Shown here in pieces: positions 35,413-49,900 of a DNA stretch of 64,000 bases; the first letter of the stretch is position 1; every line of letters starts with the position of its first letter. The translations under genes and the position numbers were made by a program. Origin of the DNA: the human T2T-CHM13v2.0 reference genome, Homo sapiens; NCBI RefSeq assembly GCF_009914755.1, contig NC_060942.1, one strand, 5' to 3'. The notes under the pieces were generated by a model, which worked only from the letters and a program-made list of their open reading frames with translations, was not told the DNA's origin and did not search any database.

Positions 35413-37455
35413 CATTCTCAGAAACTTACTCGTGATGTGTGTCCTCAACTAAAGGAGTAGAACCTTTCTATTCATAGAGAAGTTTTGAAACGCTCTTTTT
35501 GTGGAATCTCCAAGTGGATATTTGGCTAGTTTTGAGGATTTCGTTGGAAGCGGGAATTCATACAAATTGCAGACTGCAGCGTTATGAGAAACATCTTTGT
35601 GATGTTTGTATTCAGGACACAGAGATGAACATTCCCTATCATAGAGCAGGTTGGAATCACTCCTTTTGTAGTATCTGGAAGTGGACATTTGGAGCGCTTT
35701 GAGGCCTATGTTGAAAAAGGAAATATCTTCCCATAACAACTAGACACAAGCATTCTCAGAAACTTGTTTGTGATGTGTGCCCTCTACTGACAGAGTTGAA
35801 CCTTTCTTTTCATAGAGCAGTTTTGAAACACTCTTTTTGTAGAATCTGCAAGAGGATATTTGCATAGCTTTGAGGATTTCGTGGGAAACGGGATTGTCTT
35901 CAGGTAAAATCTAGACAGAAGCATTCTCAGAAACTTCTTTGGGATGTTTGCATTCAAGTCACAGAGTAGAACATTCCCTTTGGTAGAGCAGGTTTGAAAC
36001 ACTCTTTTTGTAGTATCTGGAAGTGGACATTTGGAGCGCTTTCAGGCCCATGTTGGAAAGGGAAATATCTTCCCGTAACAACTAGGCAGAAGCATTCTCA
36101 GAAACATATTTGAGATGTGTGTACTCAACTAAGAGAGTTGAACCACCGTTTTGAAGGAGCAGTTTTGAAACACTCTTTTTCTGGAATCTGCAAGAGTATA
36201 TTTGCCTAGCCTTGAGGATTTCGTTGGAAACGGGATTGTCTTCAGATAAAATCTAGACAGAAGCATTCTCAGAAACTTCTTTGGGATGTTTGCATTCAAG
36301 TCACAGAGTAGAACATTCCCTTTGGTAGAGCAGGTTTGAAACACTCTTTTTGTAGTATCTGGAAGTGGACATTTGGAGCGCTTTCAGGCCTATGTTGGAA
36401 AGGGAAATATCTTCCCTTAACAACTAGGCAGAAGCATTCTCAGAAACTTATTTGAGATGTGTGTACTCAACTAAGAGAATTGAACCACCGTTTTGAAGGA
36501 CCAGTTTTGAAACACTCTTTTTCTGGAATCTGCTAGAGGATATTTGCCAGCTTTGAGGATTTCGTTGGAAACGGGATTGTCTTCAGATCAAATCTAGACA
36601 GAAGCATTCTCAGAAACTTCTTTGGGATGTTTGCATTCAAGTCACAGAGTAGAACATTCCCTTTGGTAGAGCAGGTTTGAAACACTCTTTTTGTAGTATC
36701 TGGAAGTGGACATTTGGAGCGCTTTCAGGCCTATGTTGGAAAGGGAAATATCTTCCCGTAACAACTAGGCAGAAGCCTTCTCAGAAACTTATTTGAGATG
36801 TGTGTACTCAACTAAGAGAATTGAACCACCCTTTTGAAGGAGCAGTTTTGAAACACTCTTTTTCTGGAATCTGAAAGAGTATATTTGCCTAGCTTTGAGG
36901 ATTTCGTTGGAAACGGGATTGTCTTCAGATCAAATCTAGACAGAAGCATTCTCAGAAACTTCTTTGGGATGTTTGCATTCAAGTCACAGAGTAGAACATT
37001 CCCTTTGGTAGAGCAGGTTTGAAACACTCTTTTTTTAGTATATGGAAGTGGACATTTGGAGCGCTTTCAGGCCTACTTTGGAAAAGGAAATATCTTCCCA
37101 TAACAACTAGACAGAAGCATTCTCAGAAACTTATTTGAGATGTGTGTACTCAACTAAGAGAATTGAACCACCGTTTTGAAGGAGCAGTTTTGAAACACTC
37201 CTTTTCTGGAATCTGCAAGTGGATATTTAGCTAGATTTGAGGATTTCGTTGGAAACGGGATTACATATACAAAGCAGACAGCAGCAGTCTCAGAAAGTTC
37301 TTTGTGATGATTGCATTCAAGTCACAGAATTGAACATTCCCTTTCACAGAGCAGGTTTGAAACACTCATTTTGTAGTGTGTGTAAGTGGACATTTGGAGC
37401 ACTTTCCGGCCTAAGGTGAAAAAGGAAATATCTTCCCATAAAAACTAGACAGAAG
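35413..37455 (+). repeat. 12-monomer variant (A-B-C-C-C-E, 2043 bp)
   Basis: Three consecutive C-type dimers (starting ~36093, ~36435, ~36776; 1-bp deletion at ~36548) followed by an E hybrid; EcoRI 35554 to 37597. Confidence 0.85.
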
Positions 37456-40400
37456 CATTCTCAGAAACTTACTCGTGATGTGTGTCCTCAACTAAAGGTG
37501 TAGAACCTTTCTTTTCATAGAGAAGTTTTGAAACGCTCTTTTTGTGGAATCTGCAAGTGGATATTTGGCTAGTTTTGAGGATTTCGTTGGAAGCGGGAAT
37601 TCATACAAATTGCAGACTGCAGCGTTCTGAGAAACATCTTTGTGATGTTTGTATTCAGGACACAGAGTTGAACATTCCCTATCATAGAGCAGGTTGGAAT
37701 CACTCCTTTTGTAGTATCTTGAAGTGGACATTTGGAGCGCTTTCAGGCCTATGTTGGAAAAGGAAATATCTTCCCATAACAACTAGACAGAAGCATTCTC
37801 AGAAACTTATTTCAGATGTGTGTACTCAACTAAGAGAATTGAACCACCGTTTTGAAGGAGTAGTTTTGAAACACTCTTTTTCTGGAATCTGCAAGTGGAT
37901 ATTTGGCTAGATTTGAGGATTTCGTTGGAAACGGGATTACATATAAAAAGCAGACAGCAGCAGTCTCAGAAAGTTCTTTGTGATGATTGCATTCAAGTCA
38001 CAGAATTGAACATTCCCTTTCACAGAGCAGGTTTGAAACACTCTTTTTGTAGTGTGTGTAAGTGGACATTTGGAGCACTTTCCAGCCTAAGGTGAAAAAG
38101 GAAATATCTTCCCATAAAAACTAGAAAGAAGCATTCTCAGAAACTTACTCGTGATGTGTGTCCTCAACTAAAGGTGTAGAACCTTTCTTTTCATAGAGAA
38201 GTTTTGAAACGCTCTTTTTGTGGAATCTGCAAGTGGATATTTGGCTAGTTTTGAGGATTTCGTTGGAAGCGGGAATTCATACAAATGGCAGACTGCAGCG
38301 TTCTGAGAAACATCTTTGTGATGTTTGTATTCAGGACACAGAGTTGAACATTCCCTATCATAGAGCAGGTTGGAATCACTCCTTTTGTAGTATCTGGAAG
38401 TGGACATTTGGAGCGCTTTCAGGCCTATGTTGAAAAAGGAAATATCTTCCCATAACAACTAGACACAAGCATTCTCAGAAACTTGTTTGTGATGTGTGCC
38501 CTCTACTGACAGAGTTGAACCTTTCTTTTCATAGAGCAGTTTTGAAACACTCTTTTTGTAGAATCTGCAAGAGGATATTTGCATAGCTTTGAGGATTTCG
38601 TGGGAAACGGGATTGTCTTTAGGTAAAATCTAGACAGAAGCATTCTCAGAAACTTCTTTGGGATGTTTGCATTCAAGTCACAGAGTAGAACATTCCCTTT
38701 GGTAGAGCAGGTTTGAAACCCACTTTTTGTAGTATCTGGAAGTGGACATTTGGAGCGCTTTCAGGCCCATGTTGCAAAGGGAAATATCTTCCCGTAACAA
38801 CTAGGCAGAAGCATTCTCAGAAACTTATTTGAGATGTGTGTACTCAACTAAGAGAATTGAACCACCGTTTTGAAGGAGCAGTTTTGAAACACTCTTTTTC
38901 AGGAATCTGCAAGAGGACATTTGCCTAGCCTTGAGGATTTCGTTGGAAACGGGATTGTCTTCAGATATAATCTAGACAGAAGCATTTTCAGAAACTTCTT
39001 TGGGATGTTTGCATTCAAGTCACAGAGTAGAACATTCCCTTTGGTAGAGCAGGTTTGAAACACTCTTTTTTTAGTATATGGAAGTGGACATTTGGAGCGC
39101 TTTCAGGCCTACGTTGGAAAAGGAAATATCTTACCATAACAACTAGACAGAAGCATTCTCAGAAACTAGTTTCTGATGTGTGTCCTCAACTAACACAGTT
39201 GAACTTTTCTTTAGACAGAACAGTTTTGAAACACTCTTTTTGTGGAATCTGCAAGTGGATATTTGGCTAGATTTGAGGATTTCGTTGGAAACGGGATTAC
39301 ATATAAAAAGCAGACAGCAGCATTCTCAGAAAGTTCTTTGTGATGATTGCATTCAAGTCACAGAATTGAACATTCCCTTTCACAGAGCAGGTTTGAAACA
39401 CTCTTTTTGTAGTGTGTGTAAGTGGACATTTGGAGCGCTTTCCGGCCTAAGGTGAAAAAGGAAATATCTTCCCATAAAAACTAGACAGAAGCATTCTCAG
39501 AAACTTACTCGTGATGTGTGTCCTCAACTAAAGGAGTAGAACCTTTCTATTCATAGAGAAGTTTTGAAACGCTCTTTTTGTGGAATCTCCAAGTGGATAT
39601 TTGGCTAGTTTTGAGGATTTCATTGGAAGCGGGAATTCACACAAATTGCAGACTGCAGCGTTCTGAGAAACATCTTTGTGATGTTTGTATTCAGGACACA
39701 GAGATGAACATTCCCTATCATAGAGCAGGTTGGAATCACTCCTTTTGTAGTATCTGGAAGTGGACATTTGGAGCGCTTTCAGGCCTATGTTGAAAAAGGA
39801 AATATCTTCCCATAACAACTAGACACAAGCATTCTCAGAAACTTGTTTGTGATGTGTGCCCTCTACTGACAGAGTTGAACCTTTCTTTTCATAGAGCAGT
39901 TTTGAAACACTCTTTTTGTAGAATCTGCAAGAGGATATTTGCATAGCTTTGAGGATTTCGTGGGAAACGGGATTGTCTTCAGGTAAAATCTAGACAGAAG
40001 CATTCTCAGAAACTTCTTTGGGATGTTTGCATTCAAGTCACAGAGTAGAACATTCCCTTTGGTAGAGCAGGTTTGAAACAATCTTTTTGTAGTATCTGGA
40101 AGTGGACATTTGGAGCGCTTTCAGGCCCATGTTGGAAAGGGAAATATCTTCCCGTAACAACTAGGCAGAAGAATTCTCTGAAACTTTTTTGAGATGTGTG
40201 TACTCAACTAAGAGAATTGAACCACCGTTTTGAAGGAGCAGTTTTGAAACACTCTTTTTCTGGAATCTGCTAGAGGATATTTGCCTAGCTTTGAGGATTT
40301 CGTTGGAAACGGGATTGTCTTCAGATCAAATCTAGACAGAAGCATTCTCAGAAACTTCTTTGGGATGTTTGTATTCAAGTCACAGAGTAGAACATTCCCT

Positions 40401-42211
40401 TTGGTAGAGCAGGTTTGAAACACTCCTTTTTTAGTATATGGAAATGGACATTTGGAGCGCTTTCAGGCCTACGTTGGAAAAGGAAATATCTTCCCATAAC
40501 AACTAGACAGAAGCATTCTCAGAAACTAGTTTCTGATGTGTGTCCTCAACTAACACAGTTGAACTTTTCTTTAGACAGAACAGTTTTGAAACACTCTTTT
40601 TGTGGAATCTGCAAGTGGATATTTGGCTAGATTTGAGGATTTCGTTGGAAACGGGATTACATATAAAAAGCAGACAGCAGCATTCTCAGAAAGTTCTTTG
40701 TGATGATTTCATTCAAGTCACAGAATTGAACATTCCCTTTCACAGAGCAGGTTTGAAACACTCTTTTTGTAGTGTGTGTAAGTGGACATTTGGAGCACTT
40801 TCCGGCCTAAGGTGAAAAAGGAAATATCTTCCCATAAAAACTAGACAGAAGCATTCTCAGAAACTTACTCGTGATGTGTGTCCTCAACTAAAGGAGTAGA
40901 ACCTTTCTATTCATAGAGAAGGTTTGAAACGCTCTTTTTGTGGAATCTCCAAGTGGATATTTGGCTAGTTTTGAGGATTTCGTTGGATGCGGGAATTCAT
41001 ACAAATTGCAGACTGCAGCGTTCTGAGAAACATCTTTGTGATGTTTGTATTCAGGACACAGAGATGAACATTCCCTATCATAGAGCAGGTTGAAATCACT
41101 CCTTTTGTAGTATCTGGAAGTGGACATTTGGAGCGCTTTCAGGCCTATGTTGAAAAAGGAAATATCTTCCCATAACAACTAGACACAAGCATTCTCAGAA
41201 ACTTGTTTGTGATGTGTGCCCTCTGCTGACAGAGTTGAACCTTTCTTTTCATAGAGCAGTTTTGAAACACTCTTTTTGTAGAATCTGCAAGAGGATATTT
41301 GCATAGCTTTGAGGATTTTGGGGGAAACGGGATTGTCTTCAGGTAAAATCTAGACAGAAGCATTCTCAGAAACTTCTTTGGGATGTTTGCATTCAAGTCA
41401 CAGAGTAGAACATTCCCTTTGGTAGAGCAGGTTTGAAACCCTCTTTTTGTAGTATCTGGAAGTGGACATTTGGAGCGCTTTCAGGCCCATGTTGGAAAGG
41501 GAAATATCTTCCCGTAACAACTAGGCAGAAGCATTCTCAGAAACTTATTTGAGATGTGTGTACTCAACTAAGAGAATTGAACCACCGTTTTGAAGGAGCA
41601 GTTTTGAAACACTCTTTTTCTGGAATCTGCAAGAGTATATTTGCCTAGCCTTGAAGATTTCGTTGGAAACGGGATTGTCTTCAGATAAAATCAAGACAGA
41701 AGCATTCTCAGAAACTTCTTTGGGATGTTTGCATTCAAGTCACAGAGTAGAACATTCCCTTTGGTAGAGCAGGTTTGAAACACTCTTTTTTTAGTATATG
41801 GAAGTGGACATTTGGAGCGCTTTCAGGCCTACGTTGGAAAAGGAAATATCTTCCCATAACAACTAGACAGAAGCATTCTCAGAAACTAGTTTCTGATGTG
41901 TGTCCTCAACTAACACAGTTGAACTTTTCTTTAGACAGAACAGTTTTGAAACACTCTTTTTGTGGAATCTGCAAGTGGATATTTGGCTAGATTTGAGGAT
42001 TTCGTTGGAAACGGGATTACATATAAAAAGCAGACAGCAGCATTCTCAGAAAGTTCTTTGTGATGATTGCATTCAAGTCACAGAATTGAACATTCCCTTT
42101 CACAGAGCAGGTTTGAAACACTCTTTTTGTAGTGTGTGTAAGTGGACATTTGGAGCGCTTTCCGGCCTAAGGTGAAAAAGGAAATATCTTCCCATAAAAA
42201 CTAGACAGAAG

Positions 42212-43910
42212 CATTCTCAGAAACTTACTCGTGATGTGTGTCCTCAACTAAAGGAGTAGAACCTTTCTATTCATAGAGAAGTTTTGAAACGCTGTTTTTG
42301 TGGAATCTCCAAGTGGATATTTGGCTAGTTTTGAGGATTTCGTTGGAAGCGGGAATTCATCCAAATTGCAGACTGCAGCGTTCTGAGAAACATCTTTGTG
42401 ATGTTTGTATTCAGGACACAGAGATGAACATTCCCTATCATAGAGCAGGTTGGAATCACTCCTTTTGTAGTATCTGGAAGTGGACATTTGGAGCGCTTTC
42501 AGGCCTATGTTGAAAAAGGAAATATCTTCCCATAACAACTAGACACAAGCATTCTCAGAAACTTGTTTGTGATGTGTGCCCTCTACTGACAGAGTTGAAC
42601 CTTTCTTTTCATAGAGCAGTTTTGAAACACTCTTTTTGTAGAATCTGCAAGAGGATATTTGCATAGCTTTGAGGATTTCGCGGGAAACGGGATTGTCTTC
42701 AGGTAAAATCTAGACAGAAGCATTCTCAGAAACTGCTTTGGGATGTTTGCATTCAAGTCACAGAGTAGAACATTCCCTTTGGTAGAGCAGGTTTGAAACA
42801 CTCTTTTTGTAGTATCTGGAAGTGGACATTTGGAGCGCTTTCAGGCCTATGTTGGAAAGGGAAATATCTTCCCTTAACAACTAGGCAGAAGCATTCTCAG
42901 AAACTTATTTGAGATGTGTGTACTCAACTAAGAGAATTGAACCACCGTTTTGAAGGACCAGTTTTGAAACACTCTTTTTCTGGAATCTGCTAGAGTATAT
43001 TTGCCTAGCTTTGAGGATTTCGTTGGAAACGGGATTGTCTTCAGCTAAAATCTAGACAGAAGCATTCTCAGAAACTTCTTTGGGATGTTTCTATTCAATC
43101 ACAGAGTAGAACATTCCCTTTGGTAGAGCAGGTTTGAAACACTCTTTTTGTAGTATCTGGAAGTGGACATTTGGAGCGCTTTCAGGCCTATGTTGGAAAG
43201 GGAAATATCTTCCCGTAACAACTAGGCAGAAGCATTCTCAGAAACTTATTTGAGATGGGTGTACTCAACTAAGAGAATTGAACCACCCTTTTGAAGGAGC
43301 AGTTTTGAAACACTCTTTTTCTGGAATCTGCAAGAGTATATTTGCCTAGCTTTGAGGATTTCGTTGGAAACGGGATTGTCTTCAGATAAAATCTAGACAG
43401 CAGCATTCTCAGAAATTTCTTTGGGTGTTTGCATTCAATTCACAGAGTAGAACATTCCCTTTGTTAGAGCAGGTTTGAAACACTCTTTTTTTAGTATATG
43501 GAAGTGGACATTTGGAGCGCTTTCAGGCCTACGTTGGAAAAGGAAATATCTTCCCATAACAACTAGACAGAAGCATTCTCAGAAACTAGTTTCTGATGTG
43601 TGTCCTCAACTAACACAGTGAACATTTCTTTAGACAGAACAGTTTTGAAACACTCTTTTTGTGGAATCTGCAAGTGGCTATTTGGCTAGATTTGAGGATT
43701 TCTTTGGAAACGGGATTACATATAAAAAGCTGACAGCAGCATTCTCAGAAAGTTCTTTGTGATGATTGCATTCAAGTCACAGAATTGAATATTCCCTTTC
43801 ACAGAGCAGGTTTGAAACACTCTTTTTGTAGTGTGTGTAAGTGGACATTTGGAGCACTTTCCGGCCTAAGGTGAAAAAGGACATATCTTCCCATAAAAAC
43901 TAGACAGAAG
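42212..43910 (+). repeat. Diverged 10-mer variant (A-B-C-C-D, 1699 bp)
   Basis: EcoRI 42353 to 44052 = 1702 minus three 1-bp deletions (~43099, ~43425, ~43619); many private SNVs; the usual recurrent ORFs drop out here. Confidence 0.85.
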
Positions 43911-46900
43911 CACTCTCAGAATCTTACTCGTGATGTGTGTCCTCAACTAAAGGAGTAGAACCTTTCTTTTCATAGAGAAGTTTTGAAACGCTCTTTTTGT
44001 GGAATCTGCAAGTGGATATTTGGCTAGTTTTGAGGATTTCGTTGGAAGCGGGAATTCATACAAATTGCAGACTGCAGCTTTCTGAGAAACATCTTTGTGA
44101 TGTTTGTATTCAGGACACAGAGTTGAACATTCCCTATCATAGAGCAGGTTGGAATCACTCCTTTTGTAGTATCTGGAAGTGGACATTTGGAGCGCTTTCA
44201 GGCCTATGATGAAAAAGGAAATATCTTCCCATAACAACTAGACACAAGTATTCTCAGAAACTTGTTTGTGATGTGTGCCCTCTACTGACAGAGTTGAACC
44301 TTTCTTTTCATAGAGCAGTTTTGAAACACTCTTTTTGTAGAATCTGCAAGAGGATATTTGCATAGCTTTGAGGATTTCGTGGGAAACGGGATTGTCTTCA
44401 GGTAAAATCTAGACAGAAGCATTCTCAGAAACTTCTTTGGGATGTTTGCATTCAAGTCACAGAGTAGAACATTCCCTTTGGTAGAGCAGGTTTGAAATCC
44501 TCTTTTTGTAGTATCTGGAAGTGGACATTTGGATCGCTTTCAGGCCCATGTTGGAAAGGGAAATATCTTCCCGTAACAACTAGGCAGAAGCATTCTCAGA
44601 AACTTATTTGAGATGTGTGTACTCAACTAAGAGAATTGAACCACCGTTTTGAAGGAGCAGTTTTGAAACACTCTTTTTCTGGAATCTGCAAGATTATATT
44701 TGCCTAGCCTTGAGGATTTCGTTGGAAACGGGATTGTCTTCAGATAAAATCTAGACAGAAGCATTCTCAGAAACTTCTTTGGGATGTTTGCATTCAAGTC
44801 ACAGAGTAGAACATTCCCTTTGGTAGAGCAGTTTTGAAACACTCTTTTTTTAGTATATGGAAGTGGACATTTGGAGCGCTTTCAGGCCTACGTTGGAAAA
44901 GGAAATATCTTCCCATAACAACTAGACAGAAGCATTCTCAGAAACTAGTTTCTGATGTGTGTCTTCAACTAACACAGTTGAACTTTTCTTTAGACAGAAC
45001 AGTTTTGAAACACTCTTTTTGTGGAATCTGCAAGTGGATATTTGGCTAGATTTGAGGATTTCGTTGGAAACGGGATTACATATAAAAAGCAGACAGCAGC
45101 ATTCTCAGAAAGTTCTTTGTGATGATTGCATTCAAGTCACAGAATTGAACATTCCCTTTCACAGAGCAGGTTTGAAACACTCTTTTTGTAGTGTGTGTAA
45201 GTGGACATTTGGAGCGCTTTCCGGCCTAAGGTGAACAAGGAAATATCTTCCCATAAAAACTAGACAGAAGCATTCTCAGAAACTTACTCGTGATGTGTGT
45301 CCTCAACTAAAGGAGTAGAACCTTTCTATTCATAGAGAAGTTTTGAAAGGCTCTTTTTGTGGAATCTCCAAGTGGATATTTGGCTAGTTTTGAGGATTTC
45401 GTTGGAAGCGGGAATTCATACAAATTGCAGACTGCAGCGTTCTGAGAAACATCTTTGTGATGTTTGTATTCAGGACACAGAGATGAACATTCCCTATCAT
45501 AGAGCAGGTTGGAATCACTCCTTTTGTAGTATCTGGAAGTGGACATTTGGAGCGCTTTCAGGCCTATGTTGAAAAAGGAAATATCTTCCCATAACAACTA
45601 GACACAAGCATTCTCAGAAACTTGTTTGTGATGTGTGCCCTCTACTGACAGAGTTGAACCTTTCTTTTCATAGAGCAGTTTTGAAACACTCTTTTTGTAG
45701 AATCTGCAAGAGGATATTTGCATAGCTTTGAGGATTTCGTGGGAAACGGGATTGTCTTCAGGTAAAATCTAGACAGAAGCATTCTCAGAAACTTCTTTGG
45801 GATGTTTGCATTCAAGTCACAGAGTAGAACATTCCCTTTGGTAGAGCAGGTTTGAAACCCACTTTTTGTAGTATCTGGAAGTGGACATTTGGAGCGCATT
45901 CAGGCCCATGTTGGAAAGGGAAATATCTTCCCGTAACAACTAGGCAGAAGCATTCTCAGAAACTTATTTGAGATGTGTGTACTCAACTAAGAGAATTGAA
46001 CCACCGTTTTGAAGGAGCAGTTTTGAAACACTCTTTTTCTGGAATCTGCAAGAGGATATTTGCCTAGCCTTGAGGATTTCGTTGGAAACGGGATTGTCTT
46101 CAGATAAAATCTAGACAGAAGCATTCTCAGAAACTTCTTTGGGATGTTTGCATTCAAGTCACAGAGTAGAATATTCCCTTTGGTAGAGCAGGTTTGAAAC
46201 ACTCTTTTTTTAGTATATGGAAGTGGACATTTGGAGCGCTTTCAGGCCTACGTTGGAAAAGGAAATATCTTCCCATAACAACTAGACAGAAGCATTCTCA
46301 GAAACTAGTTTCTGATGTGTGTCCTCAACTAACACAGTTGAACTTTTCTTTAGACAGGACAGTTTTGAAACACTCTTTTTGTGGAATCTGCAAGTGGATA
46401 TTTAGCTAGATTTGAGGATTTCGTTGGAAACGGGATTACATATAAAAAGCAGACAGCAGCATTCTCAGAAAGTTCTTTGTGATGATTGCATTCAAGTCAC
46501 AGAATTGAACATTCCCTTTCAAAGAGCAGGTTTGAAACACTCTTTATGTAGTGTGTGTAAGTGGACATTTGGAGCGCTTTCCGGCCTAAGGTGAAAAAGG
46601 AAATATCTTCCCATAAAAACTAGACAGAAGCATTCTCAGAAACTTACTCGTGATGTGTGTCCTCAACTAAAGGAGTAGAACCTTTCTATTCATAGAGAAG
46701 TTTTGAAATGCTCTTTTTGTGGAATCTCCAAGTGGATATTTGGCTAGTTTTGAGGATTTCGTTGGAAGCGGGAATTCATACAAATTGCAGACTGCAGCGT
46801 TCTGAGAAACATCTTTGTGATGTTTGTATTCAGGACACAGAGATGAACATTCCCTATGATAGAGCAGGTTGGAATCACTCCTTTTGTAGTATCTGGAAGT

Positions 46901-49900
46901 GGACATTTGGAGCGCTTTCAGGCCTATGTTGAAAAAGGAAATATCTTCCCATAACAACTAGACACAAGCATTCTCAGAAACTTGTTTGTGATGTGTGCCC
47001 TCTACTGACAGAGTTGAACCTTTCTTTTCATAGAGCAGTTTTGAAACATTCTTTTTGTAGAATCTGCAAGAGGATATTTGCATAGCTTTGAGGATTTCGT
47101 GGGAAACGGGATTGTCTTCAGGTAAAATCTAGACAGAAGCATTCTCAGAAACTTCTTTGGGATGTTTGCATTCAAGTCACAGAGTAGAACATTCCCTTTG
47201 GTAGAGCAGGTTTGAAACCCTCTTTTTGTAGTATCTGGAAGTGGACATTTGGAGCGCTTTCAGGCCCATGTTGGAAAGGGAAATATCTTCCCGTAACAAC
47301 TAGGCAGAAGCATTCTCAGAAACTTATTTGAGATGTGTGTACTCAACTAAGAGAATTGAACCACCGTTTTGAAGGAGCAGTTTTGAAACCCTCTTTTTCT
47401 GGAATCTGCAAGAGTATATTTGCCTAGCCTTGAGGATTTCGTTGGAAACGGGATTGTCTTCAGATAAAATCTAGACAGAAGCATTCTCAGAAACTTCTTT
47501 GGGATGTTTGCATTCAAGTCACAGAGTAGAACATTCCCTTTGGTAGAGCAGGTTTGAAACACTCTTTTTTTAGTATATGGAAGTGGACATTTGGAGCGCT
47601 TTCAGGCCTATGTTGGAAAAGGAAATATCTTCCCATAACAACTAGACAGAAGCATTCTCAGAAACTAGTTTCTGATGTGTGTCCTCAACTAACACAGTTG
47701 AACTTTTCTTTAGACAGAACAGTTTTGAAACACTCTTTTTGTGGAATCTGCAAGTGGATATTTGGCTAGATTTGAGGATTTCGTTGGAAACGGGATTACA
47801 TATAAAAAGCAGACAGCAGCATTCTCAGAAAGTTCTTTGTGATGATTGCATTCAAGTCACAGAATTGAACATTCCCTTTCACAGAGCAGGTTTGAAACAC
47901 TCTTTATGTAGTGTGTGTAAGTGGACATTTGGAGCGCTTTCCGGCCTAAGGTGAAAAAGGAAATATCTTCCCATAAAAACTAGACAGAAGCATTCTCAGA
48001 AACTTACTCGTGATGTGTGTCCTCAACTAAAGGAGTAGAACCTTTCTATTCATAGAGAAGTTTTGAAAGGCTCTTTTTGTGGAATCTCCAAGTGGATATT
48101 TGGCTAGTTTTGAGGATTTCGTTGGAAGCGGGAATTCATACAAATTGCAGACTGCAGCGTTCTGAGAAACATCTTTGTGATGTTTGTATTCAGGACACAG
48201 AGATGAACATTCCCTATCATAGAGCAGTTTGGAATCACTCCTTTTGTAGTATCTGGAAGTGGACATTTGGAGCGCTTTCAGGCCTATGTTGAAAAAGGAA
48301 ATATCTTCCCATAACAACTAGACACAAGCATTCTCAGAAACTTGTTTGTGATGTGTGCCCTCTACTGACAGAGTTGAACCTTTCTTTTCATAGAGCAGTT
48401 TTGAAACACTCTTTTTGTAGAATCTGCAAGAGGATATTTGCATAGCTTTGAGGATTTCGTGGGAAACGGGATTGTCTTCAGGTAAAATCTAGACAGAAGC
48501 ATTCTCAGAAACTTCTTTGGGATGTTTGCATTCAAGTCACAGAGTAGAACATTCCCTTTGGTAGAGCAGGTTTGAAACCCTCTTTTTGTAGTATCTGGAA
48601 GTGGACATTTGGAGCGCTTTCAGGCCCATGTTGGAAAGGGAAATATCTTCCCGTAACAACTAGGCAGAAGCATTCTCAGAAACTTATTTGAGATGTGTGT
48701 ACTCAACTAAGAGAATTGAACCACCGTTTTGAAGGAGCAGTTTTGAAACACTCTTTTTCTGGAATCTGCAAGAGTATATTTGCCTAGCCTTGAGGATTTC
48801 GTTGGAAACGGGATTGTCTTCAGATAAAATCTAGACAGAAGCATTCTCAGAAACTTCTTTGGGATGTTTGCATTCAAGTCACAGAGTAGAACATTCCCTT
48901 TGGTAGAGCAGGTTTGAAACACTCTTTTTTTAGTATATGGAAGTGGACATTTGGAGCGCTTTCAGGCCTACGTTGGAAAAGGAAATATCTTCCCATAACA
49001 ACTAGACAGAAGCATTCTCAGAAACTAGTTTCTGATGTGTGTCCTCAACTAACACAGTTGAACTTTTCTTTAGACAGAACAGTTTTGAAACACTCTTTTT
49101 GTGGAATCTGCAAGTGGATATTTGGCTAGATTTGAGGATTTCGTTGGAAACGGGATTACATATAAAAAGCAGACAGCAGCATTCTCAGAAAGTTCTTTGT
49201 GATGATTGCATTCAAGTCACAGAATTGAACATTCCCTTTCACAGAGCAGGTTTGAAACACTCTTTTTGTAGTGTGTGTAAGTGGACATTTGGAGCGCTTT
49301 CCGGCCTAAGGTGAAAAAGGAAATATCTTCCCATAAAAACTAGACAGAAGCATTCTCAGAAACTTACTCGTGATGTGTGTCCTCAACTAAAGGAGTAGAC
49401 CCTTTCTATTCATAGAGAAGTTTTGAAACGCTCTTTTTGTGGAATCTCCAAGTGGATATTTGGCTAGTTTTGAGGATTTCGTTGGAAGCGGGAATTCATA
49501 CAAATTGCAGACTGCAGCGCTCTGAGAAACATCTTTGTGATGTTTGTATTCAGGACACAGAGATGAACATTCCCTATCATAGAGCAGGTTGGAATCACTC
49601 CTTTTGTAGTATCTGGAAGTGGACATTTGGAGCGCTTTCAGGCCTATGTTGAAAAAGGAAATATCTTCCCATAACAACTAGACACAAGCATTCTCAGAAA
49701 CTTGTTTGTGATGTGTGCCCTCTACTGACAGAGTTGAACCTTTCTTTTCATAGAGCAGTTTTGAAACACAATTTTTGTAGAATCTGCAAGAGGATATTTG
49801 CATAGCTTTGAGGATTTCGTGGGAAACGGGATTGTCTTCAGGTAAAATCTAGACAGAAGCATTCTCAGAAACTTCTTTGGGATGTTTGCATTCAAGTCAC

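Noticed and set aside
7063-40176. Extra EcoRI sites (~7063, ~11947, ~18751, ~40171)
   Set aside because: Single-base variants, useful only as markers; they do not indicate structural change.
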